IMG/VR virus record: IMGVR_UViG_3300012352_000310 | Span: 64,001 to 114,375 of that record | Length of the DNA stretch: 50,375 nt | Reading direction: 5' to 3' (one strand) | Source of the DNA: a virus | Lineage: Duplodnaviria > Heunggongvirae > Uroviricota > Caudoviricetes | Shown: piece by piece, positions 1-9,147 of the stretch | How the letters are laid out: every line of letters starts with the position of its first letter | Position numbering within the stretch: position 1 is the stretch's first letter | The notes under the pieces: generated by a model | Database searches by the model: none | What the model was told of the DNA's origin: nothing | Seen by the model: the letters and a program-made list of their open reading frames with translations, nothing else | Position numbers and translations under genes: made by a program

Positions 1-833
1 TTTTTGATTGCATTGCATGCGACTGAAGTCATGATTCTATAGATCATTGAGTATCTACCAGAACCATCAGTCTTAGAGATAGTCTTATAGTCTCGAATTA
101 GACTTTGATTCACGAATGGACAATCTTTGTAAGAAGACCACGTGAACTCTTTCTTCATCTCTTCAAGCTTATGTTGACGATGTTGAATGACTTCTTTCTG
201 AAGTTCTAGTGGAAGACGATCAATAAAGTTATCCGAAGACGATGGTGCTGTCCACGGATGCTTACTCATTAACGAAGTAGGATCAATAGGTAGACCACGG
301 TTGCTAAAGATAAAGTTGTGAGCGCCAGGGTATTGCGCAGGGACGTAATACATTCGAGAGAGGTCTTTAGTTTGAGTATCTCCCATGCATCCAAATTCAG
401 TGTTGAGTGCGTACCAGAAATGTTTGATTTCGTCCGCTCCAACAGGTCGTGTAAGTGGGAATACGAGACGGAACTTCGGCTGTGTAGGAGTGCTGCTTGC
501 AGTACTATAACAAACATAATCCCACATGCCAAACCTAGAATGAAGCTCATCTTTCAAGTCCCCTTCAAATAAATGATTATCAACGTCAATAGCTGCCCAC
601 TTAGCCCATTCAATTACATTCGCATTGGCGCGGGTTGCACCAGGTTTGTAAACTGCTGGAGAAATGAGAGGTGATACTTTCTTACCTTTTGTGTATTCGC
701 CACGCTTAGCTTTGTAACCCGGCAAAGTTGCGAGGTGATATAGAGACTTTTCTAGTTGTTCGAAAGTCTCAAAGTCTACTCGGGTGTCTGTCTTATTATC
801 AAAGATAGATCCAAAGACTGTCAGTGAATACAT
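1..833 (-). CDS. AEP-superfamily (primase-polymerase-like) DNA primase, partial (runs off the left window edge; not in the ORF track)
   Basis: Hand translation from ATG at 833 (GGAG SD upstream) stays open to position 1: MYSLTVFGSIFDNKTDTRVDF...LISPAVY...RANANVIEWAKWAAIDVDNH...YSTASST...PKFRLVFPLTRPV...DLSRMYYVP. The DxD, S/T-x-S, KFRLVFPL and D-x-S-R-x-Y-Y-x-P motifs are typical of AEP/prim-pol proteins. Lies just downstream of the gp41 helicase. Confidence 0.72.
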   Translation of the reverse strand, partial: MYSLTVFGSIFDNKTDTRVDFETFEQLEKSLYHLATLPGYKAKRGEYTKGKKVSPLISPAVYKPGATRANANVIEWAKWAAIDVDNHLFEGDLKDELHSRFGMWDYVCYSTASSTPTQPKFRLVFPLTRPVGADEIKHFWYALNTEFGCMGDTQTKDLSRMYYVPAQYPGAHNFIFSNRGLPIDPTSLMSKHPWTAPSSSDNFIDRLPLELQKEVIQHRQHKLEEMKKEFTWSSYKDCPFVNQSLIRDYKTISKTDGSGRYSMIYRIMTSVACNAIK

Positions 834-845
834 TTTGGCTCCAAA

Positions 846-977
846 TTAAGACGCTTTAGGTACTTTCTGTACCACATACGTCTTTCCATTATAAGTGAAT
901 AAAGCTCCATTAGAAAGCGGGATTCGAATTCCCGCCTTCAAGATGTCTTTAGCAAGTTTAGACTTCAGAGCTTTCAT
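846..977 (-). CDS. small basic hypothetical protein (43 aa, MKALKSKLAKDILKAGIRIPLSNGALFTYNGKTYVVQKVPKAS)
   Basis: Hand-translated ORF that fills the gap between the NTP-PPase gene and the primase-like gene; below the length cut-off of the ORF track. Confidence 0.5.
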   Translation of the reverse strand: MKALKSKLAKDILKAGIRIPLSNGALFTYNGKTYVVQKVPKAS

Positions 978-1371
978 TGAACACCTTAGATAGCAAACCA
1001 ATATTGTCTGCATGAGTTGGTGGTGTCCAGCCTTCAGGCTTGATAAGATCTGGTAGTCCTAGAGGATTAGGACGGCTGGGTTTAACACCAACTTCTTTTT
1101 GCATGTTCTTTTCATGAACACGATTCCATGCTTCATAAGCATCTACGTCATAAGCATCTAAAGTGCCGATTGCAACAACACACAAGTCGATCAAAGCATC
1201 AACAACGTCGTCGCCATTATCAGCATCTTTCATTTCATCTAATTCTTCTTGCAAGAAGTCAATTCGGAACTGCAAGAACTTTTGCAACTTTTCTTTATCA
1301 AACTCTCGCATCTTAGTATTCACACCGAACTTAGTGTGCATATTAGAGATATCTTGTACCCAGTTAGTCAT
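958..1371 (-). CDS. MazG/dimeric dUTPase-like all-alpha NTP pyrophosphohydrolase
   Basis: Acidic metal-binding pattern FLQEELDE...DDVVDALIDLCVVAIGTL followed by AWNRVHEKNMQK and LIKPEGWTPP. Confidence 0.75.
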   Translation of the reverse strand: MTNWVQDISNMHTKFGVNTKMREFDKEKLQKFLQFRIDFLQEELDEMKDADNGDDVVDALIDLCVVAIGTLDAYDVDAYEAWNRVHEKNMQKEVGVKPSRPNPLGLPDLIKPEGWTPPTHADNIGLLSKVFNESSEV

Positions 1372-1428
1372 ATAGTTTCTCCAGTAAAATAATATTGTAA
1401 CACACGTGTCAATTGAAAGACACTGTGA

Positions 1429-2820
1429 TTAGAAGTTAAAGCCATCACCAGCTTGTTTCATTCGCTTTCCAAAGCCAGATTTGTCGAAAGCAGGAGTGTC
1501 ATCAGGTTGCTGTCCGGAATCAGAAATATCTTTCTGTGCAGACTCTTCAACGTCATAAAGTTTCATCCTAGCACGGTCAACACCAATAACGAAACGCTTA
1601 TAATAGCTAGGATCATTATAGCGATTCTTAAGCTGTTTGACCATGATCTGGTTGAGATTTTCCAGTTCCTCTGTTGATATAAGAGCGAACATAAAGTCCA
1701 CAGTTGCTGGAAGACCAAAAGATTCAGAAGTATCAGTAAGATCAACGTCAGTGTTGTCATAACCACCTCGGGTCGTTTGTGTCGCAGATAAGATTGGCAC
1801 GTTGTATTCTACACCAAGACCACGAAGTTCTTCAGCAATCGATTTAATGTAGGTGTATGAGTTTACACCTGAGCCGTGCTTCATACGAGAAGAAGAACAG
1901 ATGTTCAAGTAATCAATCACTACAAGGTCAGGAGAAAAGTTACGTTTGACGCGTAGTTCTTCCAACAGAGCTTTGAAGTGACCTGCATGTGCTGATGCTG
2001 TAGGGTATTCTTTAACGATTAGCTTACCAGCAGTCTTCTTAATTAGCTTGTTGATTCGTGTTTCATAGATATCTCGTTCAACACGACCGAGTTCATCCAT
2101 AGTCATGTTCAACAAGTTTGCATCGATACGCTCAGCAATACGTTCTTCAGCCATTTCCAATGTGATATACAGAACATTCTTGCCTTGAAGCAATGCCGCT
2201 GCTGCAACGTGACACATAAACAACGACTTACCAACACCAGTACCAGCAAGAATAACGTTCAACGTTTTCTTGGATAGACCACCTTTAGTAATCTTATTGA
2301 ACAGATCAAGGTCAAACTCGAGCTTTTCTTCTTTTCGATGATAGAAGTCATATCGATCTTGGAAGTCTTCGAGGAAGTCATGACCAACACTAGAATCGAA
2401 GCACACGGACAGAGCTTCGCTTAGCATAGTTGGAATAGCATCTTCAGTGCGAACTTTATCCTTGCCTTCAATAATGTCAAAGGCATCTAGAATAGCATTC
2501 GTGACAGCACGCTGTTTGCAGAACTTCTCAGTGTGAGTAAGAAGCCAATCAGAGTTGTCAGTCTTGAAAGTAAGATTGTTGATATACTTTTCAAGGCCGT
2601 CAATCTGATCTTGAGATAGATTCTTGCGATTGCTTAGTTGAATAGCAAGAATCTCTAGTGATGCAGGCTTGTTGTAAGTATTGAAGAAAGTCAGAAGTTC
2701 ATCTGCGACCACTCGCTCGAAGTGGTCTTGGAAATATTCTGCTTTTACAAATGGGACTACCTTTCTGCAGTAGTCGTCATTATTTAGAAGGTTGCTTAGA
2801 ATCGTCGTTTCTAGTTTCAT
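1429..2820 (-). CDS. 41: T4 gp41-like replicative DNA helicase (DnaB family)
   Basis: Walker A LAGTGVGKS, YITLEMAE, VVIDYLNI, KQLKNRYNDP. Start trimmed to MKLETT at 2820. Confidence 0.97.
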   Translation of the reverse strand: MKLETTILSNLLNNDDYCRKVVPFVKAEYFQDHFERVVADELLTFFNTYNKPASLEILAIQLSNRKNLSQDQIDGLEKYINNLTFKTDNSDWLLTHTEKFCKQRAVTNAILDAFDIIEGKDKVRTEDAIPTMLSEALSVCFDSSVGHDFLEDFQDRYDFYHRKEEKLEFDLDLFNKITKGGLSKKTLNVILAGTGVGKSLFMCHVAAAALLQGKNVLYITLEMAEERIAERIDANLLNMTMDELGRVERDIYETRINKLIKKTAGKLIVKEYPTASAHAGHFKALLEELRVKRNFSPDLVVIDYLNICSSSRMKHGSGVNSYTYIKSIAEELRGLGVEYNVPILSATQTTRGGYDNTDVDLTDTSESFGLPATVDFMFALISTEELENLNQIMVKQLKNRYNDPSYYKRFVIGVDRARMKLYDVEESAQKDISDSGQQPDDTPAFDKSGFGKRMKQAGDGFNF

Positions 2821-3130
2821 CAGTTCCGCCAGTGAAGATAAGATTGTTACGTCCCATCTCAAACATAATCATTTCTTGTAGTAATTCGCCAATATAGTTT
2901 TGAAACTCTTTAGTGTCATACTCCTGATCGTTGTCCTCAAGTAGGTCGTACTCGAAGGAGATAGACAGTCGGTCGTTCTCCTCATCTTCATTGAAGGAAA
3001 CACGACCGTATGAATAGATTATATCACGGAACGGGTCTTCTTGTAAACGGATTGCATACACTTTTTGTCCGTCAATTTCTTGCTCTAAGACTTTGTGTGG
3101 AATCTTAAATTCAAACTGATGTTCACTCAT
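2780..3130 (-). CDS. gp40-like head vertex assembly chaperone / conserved hypothetical
   Basis: Sits between uvsX and 41, as T4 gene 40 does; YSYGRVSFNE...LSISFEY motif; acidic ~116 aa. Confidence 0.55.
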   Translation of the reverse strand: MSEHQFEFKIPHKVLEQEIDGQKVYAIRLQEDPFRDIIYSYGRVSFNEDEENDRLSISFEYDLLEDNDQEYDTKEFQNYIGELLQEMIMFEMGRNNLIFTGGTDETRNDDSKQPSK

Positions 3131-4202
3131 CGTCGTCACCATCTAGAACTTCAGCCATTTCACGTTCGATGTCTTCGTCTCTGACTAGTTCACCATGCGA
3201 AACTTGATAGTTTTCTTTTACCCAAGATTGGAATGTTGGATCGCTTAGAATAGACATCCAGAATTCTTTAGAATCAGTTTCTTTGATTCTCCACTTCTTA
3301 GCTTCGACTTCACCAGTTGAAGAATCAACTTTAGAATACCAACCATTGCTTGGCTTTACAACATGCTTAGATTCAAGAGCCATTTCCAGCAAACCTGACC
3401 ATTTGCTTAGACCGCCTTCGTACTTAACACAGACAGGAATCTTAGACTTTTCACGAACATAACGAGATTTCTCAACGTTGATGATGAAGTTGTAACCAAT
3501 GACTTCAGTGCCATCTTTTTCTTGTTGACGACCCAAGATAAAGATGTTGTCAGCAGACAGATAAACACCTGTACCACCAGAAACGATTGCCTTTGGATAT
3601 AGACCTTGCTCCATGTAGATATGGTTGACTGCAACCATTGGAATATCTAAGCGGTTTAGATATGGAGTGATCATGCGGAAGATAGACTTCATCTGCTTTG
3701 CACGACTCATGTCTTGAACTGATTTGCCTTCGATGGCATCATCCATTTCTTTCTTAGAAGACATGTTACCAAGTGAGTCAACAACGAAGATGACACGATC
3801 ACCACGATCTAAGTTTTCAAGCTGCTTGATTACGTCAAACTTGAATTCTTCCATGTTCATCACTGGGACGTGAAGAATACGGTTCGTGTCGATGTTGAGT
3901 GAGCTGAAGTAAGCTGTTGGCGTACCGAATTCACAGTCATAGAATACCATGACCGCATCTGGGTATTTGTCCATGTAAGACTTAGCCATGATCAAAGAGA
4001 ACATTGACTTGAAGTGCTTTGATGGACCACACCAGAGAGTTAAGCCAGGAACGAAACCACCGTCTAGTTCTCCCGATAGAGCAACGTTCATTGCTGGGAT
4101 TGCGGTTTGAATCATGTCCTTCTTAGTGAAGTACTTTGACTGTGATAACACAGCAGAATCTTTGATTGTAGAATTCTTTTTAATTTTGTCTAGTAGACTC
4201 AT
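3123..4202 (-). CDS. uvsX: UvsX RecA-like recombinase
   Basis: GPSKHFKS P-loop, YDCEFG, VVDSLGN, VNHIY, SGGTG. Start trimmed to MSLLDK (AAGGA SD). Confidence 0.97.
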   Translation of the reverse strand: MSLLDKIKKNSTIKDSAVLSQSKYFTKKDMIQTAIPAMNVALSGELDGGFVPGLTLWCGPSKHFKSMFSLIMAKSYMDKYPDAVMVFYDCEFGTPTAYFSSLNIDTNRILHVPVMNMEEFKFDVIKQLENLDRGDRVIFVVDSLGNMSSKKEMDDAIEGKSVQDMSRAKQMKSIFRMITPYLNRLDIPMVAVNHIYMEQGLYPKAIVSGGTGVYLSADNIFILGRQQEKDGTEVIGYNFIINVEKSRYVREKSKIPVCVKYEGGLSKWSGLLEMALESKHVVKPSNGWYSKVDSSTGEVEAKKWRIKETDSKEFWMSILSDPTFQSWVKENYQVSHGELVRDEDIEREMAEVLDGDDDE

Positions 4203-4242
4203 TTTATTTTCCTTTGTATGTGCGTAGTATGAGATCGTATGT

Positions 4243-4260
4243 GTAGGCATTGCTGCCTAC
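4243..4260 (-). other. GNRA-tetraloop hairpin in the uvsX leader (GUAGGCA-GCAA-UGCCUAC)
   Basis: Perfect 7-bp inverted repeat with a GCAA loop and no U-tract, so it is more likely a stabiliser or processing hairpin than a terminator. Confidence 0.55.
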
Positions 4261-4266
4261 TATAAT

Positions 4267-4512
4267 TTATACACTTACGAAATTCTTAAATTGAGCTTCG
4301 TTCATCATGCCAGTATGACGCTTGATTTCAGTACCAGCGTCATCGACGATAACACAAGTTGGAACTCCACGAATACCGTACTTGATTGCAACATCTTGGC
4401 TAGTGTCGATATTGACGTCTTCAATTGGAAGAGGAGATGCGATATTTTCAACGACGCGGCTTAGCATCTTGCATGGCTGACACCAATCAGCGTAAAATTT
4501 TAGAACTTTCAT
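4267..4512 (-). CDS. thioredoxin
   Basis: WCQPC active site, cis-Pro motif GVPT, 81 aa. Confidence 0.92.
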   Translation of the reverse strand: MKVLKFYADWCQPCKMLSRVVENIASPLPIEDVNIDTSQDVAIKYGIRGVPTCVIVDDAGTEIKRHTGMMNEAQFKNFVSV

Positions 4513-4521
4513 TTTATTTCC

Positions 4522-5094
4522 TTACACGTAATGTAGATATGTGGAGACGATATATTTTGAACCACTGATTGGTTGCATACCTTTATGAGGGTACATCCAC
4601 ATCGGCGGAAACATTACCATTCTACCACGTTTTGGCTGAACTTTTAATTCTTTTTGACTTCCAAAGTTATCTTTGAAGACTGTCTCTCCACCCTCAATGA
4701 CGTCATTCAAATAGTAAAACATCACTAAGAATCTTCTTGCTGAAGGATAGTCGCCAACGTCAGTGTGCCAGCCGAACTGATCTTTCTGATTAGCATCATA
4801 TCTCTTCATTCTAACTTCTTCCATGCCAATCTGCTCTGGAAAGAATTCCACAGATGTTTTCTCTGCATAGAACTCTAGCATCCTTTTAGTGATACTATAG
4901 AACATGGCTTGCTCATCTGCAAATTCGGCATGTGTGGTTAAGTTTAACTCTTTAAACGACTTGTAGTCTTGTTTCCAAGAAGAATCTCTTAGTACCAAGT
5001 CTTTTGTAGAGTCAAACTTGTTTATTAGGTCATCACACAATTCTTGTGGAAGAACATCGTCAACGACCATAATGTAATCTGCTAAGTTTTTCAT
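4522..5094 (-). CDS. 2OG-Fe(II) oxygenase (prolyl-4-hydroxylase-like family)
   Basis: HxD (WHTD), YLNDVIEGGET, distal His (YPHKG) and a terminal KY motif. Confidence 0.9.
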   Translation of the reverse strand: MKNLADYIMVVDDVLPQELCDDLINKFDSTKDLVLRDSSWKQDYKSFKELNLTTHAEFADEQAMFYSITKRMLEFYAEKTSVEFFPEQIGMEEVRMKRYDANQKDQFGWHTDVGDYPSARRFLVMFYYLNDVIEGGETVFKDNFGSQKELKVQPKRGRMVMFPPMWMYPHKGMQPISGSKYIVSTYLHYV

Positions 5095-7613
5095 GAGAAA
5101 AAATCTTCCAAAGATGCAGTCTCTTCAGCTCTCCAACCGATAGCATCTAGAATACTTTTTGCTGGATCTAAGAAAGCTTTCTCAAACTGAGTATCGTTGT
5201 CAATGTACTGGTGCAATCCAAACTCTGGAGGTAGAATGTTATAGAAACCAATCACGTCTTCACGAAGTGGATTGCGAGGATTCAAGTGGATGTACTTGAT
5301 CTTTTCACCATCCTTAATCACCTCATACTTGTTCTGAGTACCAGATTGTTGAAGCATGTAGTTGTACAAGATTGCAGCACGAGAGTTAATCGGTGTTCCC
5401 TTCTTGTAAATTAGCTTCTTGTCCATGTAATCTCTTACCGACGATACACCACGAGGGAAGGCCTTATCTTCAGCAGGAAGTGCTGCAAACTTATTCCTGA
5501 ACTCAGCAATAAATTTCTGAGTTTCCGCTTCAGTCCCGTTAATGAGGATGTTGAATAGATCCTTGAAAGCCGCGCGGCATGGAGCCGGCGTGGACGACTT
5601 GATCGCTTCAATGCCCATGATCTTGAGCTTAGGCTTGGCATAACGAACTCCTTCATTGTCCCACACGTTTAAGATGTAACGTTTCTTAGCAGTCCAGATA
5701 CCGCGATTAGCGATACCTTCTCGTTTCATTGAGATTCGGTGCTTATATGCGTTGCAGTTTTCTTTAAGTTGTTTGAAGGCAACATCAAGAACATCCGTCT
5801 CGATCTTGGAGCAAACTTTGTCGAGGAAGTCGACTTTCTTAGATGTTTCGGCGTCTGGCATGACAGAGTTAACAAGATCAGCCAAACCGGCGTAAACAGA
5901 ATCAGTGTCAATAGCAATAACATAATCTTTTTCAGTCTTAAGTGCTTTGTTTAGAAAACCATTCACATGTTTTTCAGCCCACTTAATAATGAACTGACCA
6001 GTGATAGTAATACCTTCTGCGATCTCCATAGTGAAGTAGCGGAAGTAGCGGTTACCCATCGCACCATAAAGAGAGTTCAGAAGAATCTTAATGGCTGTCT
6101 GCTGGTTTTCAAAGTGAGCGATATCACGTTCGATTCGATACATTTCTTGCTTGTTAGACTTGTCAGCCTTTTCAAGCTCTTTCTTCGAATCCAACATCTT
6201 CTTCTTAATCGTAACACGTTCATCGTACATTTGTTCAATGATCTTAGGCATGAAGCCCTGTTTGTGATTAGAGAAGTATTGACCAGTTGCAGCCATAGAA
6301 GCATTTTCACGAGTGTTTGTGTAACCCGCAAGCATTTTATCTACAGTGATTCCTGGCTCGACTTGGCCTTTCATGATTGTTTCAGGAGACATATTCCATT
6401 GAACAATGATGTTAGGATAGAGTGAGTTAACGTCGAATGAACAAACCCAGTCATGAACTCCACACTGTGGATCCTTAACGTAACCGCCGTCGTAATCACC
6501 TTTGAACTTGTTTACGTTCGGTGGAACGATGATGTTGTCAGCTAGCAATGTGCGGTGAATCAGTTGATCCCAGATAGCAGTTGTGCCAAAAGTGTCAGAG
6601 TAATTCACACCAGCTTTGTAGGCCATAGTCATACAAAGCGTAATCATAGCGATCTTGTCTTCCATACGATCGACAAGCCACACGTCACGGATGTTGTAGT
6701 CAATATACTTTTGGTGGTTTTCTTCATACAACTCAGCCAAGCTAGCGTGTTCTTCATAGCTCAACTTACGTTCACCAAGCACAACTTCAGCGATCGTATC
6801 TAGACGATAGTTTTCTTGTGGACCGAATGAATAGCCGAACTTTTGGAATAGATCCATATAGTCCAACTGCGCGATGCCGATCAGGTCGTACATCTGCACT
6901 TGACCCTTACGCATAGTGACCATCTTTTCGTCAACCTGACCCCAAGGTGAAAGCTTCTTCACCCAGTCTTCACCCATGATGCGGTTGATTCTATTAACGA
7001 GATATGGAATATCGAAGCCACGAATGTTCCAACCAGTGACAGCATCTGGGCAAGTGAATTCGTCATGCCAGAAGTTTACAAAGAACTTAAGCAGATGATA
7101 TTCATCTACACACTTAGTATAGACGATTCTAGTATCTTTTAGTAGAGCATTCTCAACGTCATAGTCACGAAGACCCCAGACGTAGTAGGTATCTATGATG
7201 TTGTCATAGATTGTAATCGCGGTGATTGGATGTTCTGCTTTTGATGGCTCTGGGAAGCCTTGGTCGGACTTAACTTCGATATCGATGTTGTGAACACGAA
7301 TCTTGTTTCGGTCGAATTGAATATCGCCAGGAAATTGCTCAGCGATAAATTGCGCAATGTAGTTTGTGTTGCCATACACAGTGAAGTTTTCGATCGAGTC
7401 ATACTTCTCGATAAACTCCTTAGCCTCGCGCATACTGTCAAACTTTACAGCATCGACATTAGTGCCGTCCAGTGCTGTGAACTTTGAGCCGCCTTTACCT
7501 TTAACGTAAAGAGTCGGCTTGAACGGGATCTTACGCTTTACGCGTTGACCGTCTTCATAACCGCGGTACAGCAAGTTGTTGCCATAGCGATTGATTGAGG
7601 TATAAAAACGCAT
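5091..7613 (-). CDS. 43: T4 gp43-like family B DNA polymerase
   Basis: Exonuclease DIEV, GWNIRGFDIPY and YNIRD; polymerase SFDVNSLYP, KILLNSLYG, IDTDS and KKRY. No intein or intron seen. Confidence 0.98.
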   Translation of the reverse strand: MRFYTSINRYGNNLLYRGYEDGQRVKRKIPFKPTLYVKGKGGSKFTALDGTNVDAVKFDSMREAKEFIEKYDSIENFTVYGNTNYIAQFIAEQFPGDIQFDRNKIRVHNIDIEVKSDQGFPEPSKAEHPITAITIYDNIIDTYYVWGLRDYDVENALLKDTRIVYTKCVDEYHLLKFFVNFWHDEFTCPDAVTGWNIRGFDIPYLVNRINRIMGEDWVKKLSPWGQVDEKMVTMRKGQVQMYDLIGIAQLDYMDLFQKFGYSFGPQENYRLDTIAEVVLGERKLSYEEHASLAELYEENHQKYIDYNIRDVWLVDRMEDKIAMITLCMTMAYKAGVNYSDTFGTTAIWDQLIHRTLLADNIIVPPNVNKFKGDYDGGYVKDPQCGVHDWVCSFDVNSLYPNIIVQWNMSPETIMKGQVEPGITVDKMLAGYTNTRENASMAATGQYFSNHKQGFMPKIIEQMYDERVTIKKKMLDSKKELEKADKSNKQEMYRIERDIAHFENQQTAIKILLNSLYGAMGNRYFRYFTMEIAEGITITGQFIIKWAEKHVNGFLNKALKTEKDYVIAIDTDSVYAGLADLVNSVMPDAETSKKVDFLDKVCSKIETDVLDVAFKQLKENCNAYKHRISMKREGIANRGIWTAKKRYILNVWDNEGVRYAKPKLKIMGIEAIKSSTPAPCRAAFKDLFNILINGTEAETQKFIAEFRNKFAALPAEDKAFPRGVSSVRDYMDKKLIYKKGTPINSRAAILYNYMLQQSGTQNKYEVIKDGEKIKYIHLNPRNPLREDVIGFYNILPPEFGLHQYIDNDTQFEKAFLDPAKSILDAIGWRAEETASLEDFFS

Positions 7614-7628
7614 GTATCTCCATGAAAT

Positions 7629-7662
7629 AAAAAAGCCGAGTATAAGGTATTATACTCGGCTT
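7629..7662 (-). terminator. Rho-independent terminator upstream of gene 43
   Basis: 12-bp stem AAGCCGAGUAUA/UAUACUCGGCUU followed by UUUUAUUU on the minus strand. Confidence 0.8.
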
Positions 7663-7677
7663 CTGCTTAAAAGTAAA
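7649..7677 (-). promoter_or_regulatory. sigma70-like promoter for gene 43 (TTTACT-N17-TATAAT), overlapping the terminator hairpin
   Basis: Perfect -10 box, 17-bp spacer, and a -35 like the T4 early consensus. Confidence 0.65.
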
Positions 7678-7678
7678 A

Positions 7679-7981
7679 TTACTTTTGAAGACCTTGAAGA
7701 GCGCCTGCTCCTGCGATAACGATACCGGCACCGAAGATTCGGTTGTATTCATTTTCGACTTGTTGATTCAAATCAAATTCTGCTGTGATATTTGATTCGT
7801 ATAAAGAAATATTGTCACCAAACGGGATGAATTCTTGAAGTGCAACACCTGCTCTGCCTGGTTCAATTTCTTGCATAACCATTTGTGCTGGGTTCTTTAA
7901 CACAACCTTTCCGTCTTGACGAGACTTAACTTCAGTCAGAACGATTTCACCAGTGCTAAGTCTAAAACCACGAATTGTCAT
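7679..7981 (-). CDS. hypothetical protein, possible Sm-like beta-barrel
   Basis: 100-aa ORF coupled to the GNAT gene by an ATGA overlap; N-terminal RLSTGEIVLTEV pattern. The fold is an inference. Confidence 0.6.
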   Translation of the reverse strand: MTIRGFRLSTGEIVLTEVKSRQDGKVVLKNPAQMVMQEIEPGRAGVALQEFIPFGDNISLYESNITAEFDLNQQVENEYNRIFGAGIVIAGAGALQGLQK

Positions 7982-8547
7982 TGTGTAATCCTAAAAATGT
8001 TTGCTAAAAACTTCTGTTGATTTATCAGAAGCATATCATATAACGCTATGCGATCAAGCGCAGCGTCAGCCATAGGTGCTAGCATATCTTTTTTCAATAC
8101 TAGATCTGCTCTAGCTTCACTACCTTGTATAGTTATAACGTGTACTTCGTTCTTTTTGGCGATGCTTCTAACTGCTTTATTTTCAGTTAAGCAATGCATA
8201 AAAAGTTTATCGATATTGTGAGCTGTCGCCCATGTAATGGCACGATCGAATAACTGTGTACCTAGTCCACGATTACGAAAGTTCTTATGAACTGTAAAAC
8301 CGATTTCAGCAGTATTGTCACTCATTACAGAGATATGCATAGTTGCTATAACACCATCAACTGATTTATCGTAGATACCAAACCATTGGTTGTTGTCTCT
8401 ATTCCAACTGTCTTGAACATACTTAGTGATGATTTCTTCAGTAGGCATGTATCCAAAACGAAGTCTTAGATCTTCGCGTTCTAGAGAAAGAAGGTGCCGA
8501 AGCACCTCCTCTCTTTGAAGCTCATGAGTAAGCTTAATCGGTGTCAT
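7978..8547 (-). CDS. GNAT-family N-acetyltransferase
   Basis: AEIGFTVHKNFRNRGLGTQL (acetyl-CoA-binding R/QxxGxG motif), N-terminal DLRLRFG, and CLTENKAV. Confidence 0.88.
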   Translation of the reverse strand: MTPIKLTHELQREEVLRHLLSLEREDLRLRFGYMPTEEIITKYVQDSWNRDNNQWFGIYDKSVDGVIATMHISVMSDNTAEIGFTVHKNFRNRGLGTQLFDRAITWATAHNIDKLFMHCLTENKAVRSIAKKNEVHVITIQGSEARADLVLKKDMLAPMADAALDRIALYDMLLINQQKFLANIFRITQ

Positions 8548-8654
8548 TTTGCTTTAGAGCTTTCTTTGACATACTTATCAGGGTCTGTCTTAAAAGCTTT
8601 GTAGGCTCTGATACCGTCAGCTATTTTTCTCAGTAGTGAAAGAGTGTAATTCAC
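8544..8654 (-). CDS. small hypothetical peptide (36 aa; probable GTG start at 8654)
   Basis: Fills the hsp20-GNAT gap with an ATGA overlap at its 3' end. The track's longer 66-aa version overlaps hsp20. Confidence 0.45.
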   Translation of the reverse strand: MNYTLSLLRKIADGIRAYKAFKTDPDKYVKESSKAK

Positions 8655-8655
8655 T

Positions 8656-9126
8656 TTATTCGCCTTCGCGAAGGAATTGTTTTTCGCTCTTTGACTTAAC
8701 TTCAATTTTCTTTGGCTTCTTTTCTTCAGGGATAACACGTTCAAGGAATACCTTTAGCATGCCATTGAAGATTTCAGCGTCTTTCACTTCAACTTGGTCG
8801 TTGAGTGCGAATGTACGAGTGAACGCTCGGTTTGCGATACCTTTGAATAGGTAATCTGCACTGGAATCTTCTCCAGTGTTTCCACGAACTACTAGCTTGC
8901 CACCGTCGATTTCAATCTCGACTTCTGACTTGCTAAAACCAGCAACAGCAAGCTCAATGACGTAAGTGTTTTCACCAGTCTTCTTGATGTTGTATGGAGG
9001 ATAGTTGGGAATGTTTTTGGTCATGTCGTCATGCAGTTTTTGCATGCGATTGAATTGATCATCGAATCCGACGAAGAATTTGTCGAAGTCTTTGATTTGA
9101 CCAAAGATAGATGGTAGTGATGTCAT
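8656..9126 (-). CDS. hsp20: small heat-shock protein (Hsp20/IbpA family)
   Basis: NYPPYNI, IELAVAGF, YLFKGIANRAFTRTF, NGMLKVFL and the C-terminal IEV motif. Confidence 0.96.
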   Translation of the reverse strand: MTSLPSIFGQIKDFDKFFVGFDDQFNRMQKLHDDMTKNIPNYPPYNIKKTGENTYVIELAVAGFSKSEVEIEIDGGKLVVRGNTGEDSSADYLFKGIANRAFTRTFALNDQVEVKDAEIFNGMLKVFLERVIPEEKKPKKIEVKSKSEKQFLREGE

Positions 9127-9132
9127 AGTTTT

Positions 9133-9147
9133 CTCCTATTAAGCGAG
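9133..9147 (-). promoter_or_regulatory. ROSE-like RNA thermometer hairpin over the hsp20 Shine-Dalgarno
   Basis: CUCGCU-UAAU-AGGAG: the U(U/C)GCU motif with a bulged G pairing to the SD, as in ROSE elements of ibpA-type genes. Confidence 0.6.

Noticed and set aside
269-572. Track ORFs 269..550 (-) and 318..572 (+)
   Set aside because: Both lie inside the longer AEP-like frame (1..833), which has a clear SD and family motifs; they are shadow ORFs.
917-935. GCGGGAAUUCGAAUCCCGC hairpin resembling a tRNA T-arm
   Set aside because: No acceptor, D or anticodon arms in the flanks, and it lies inside a plausible small ORF; not a tRNA.
5091-7613. Intein or intron in DNA polymerase, terminase, helicase or UvsX
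   Set aside because: Lengths are ordinary and motifs are continuous; no LAGLIDADG, HNH, GIY-YIG or intein splice motifs seen.
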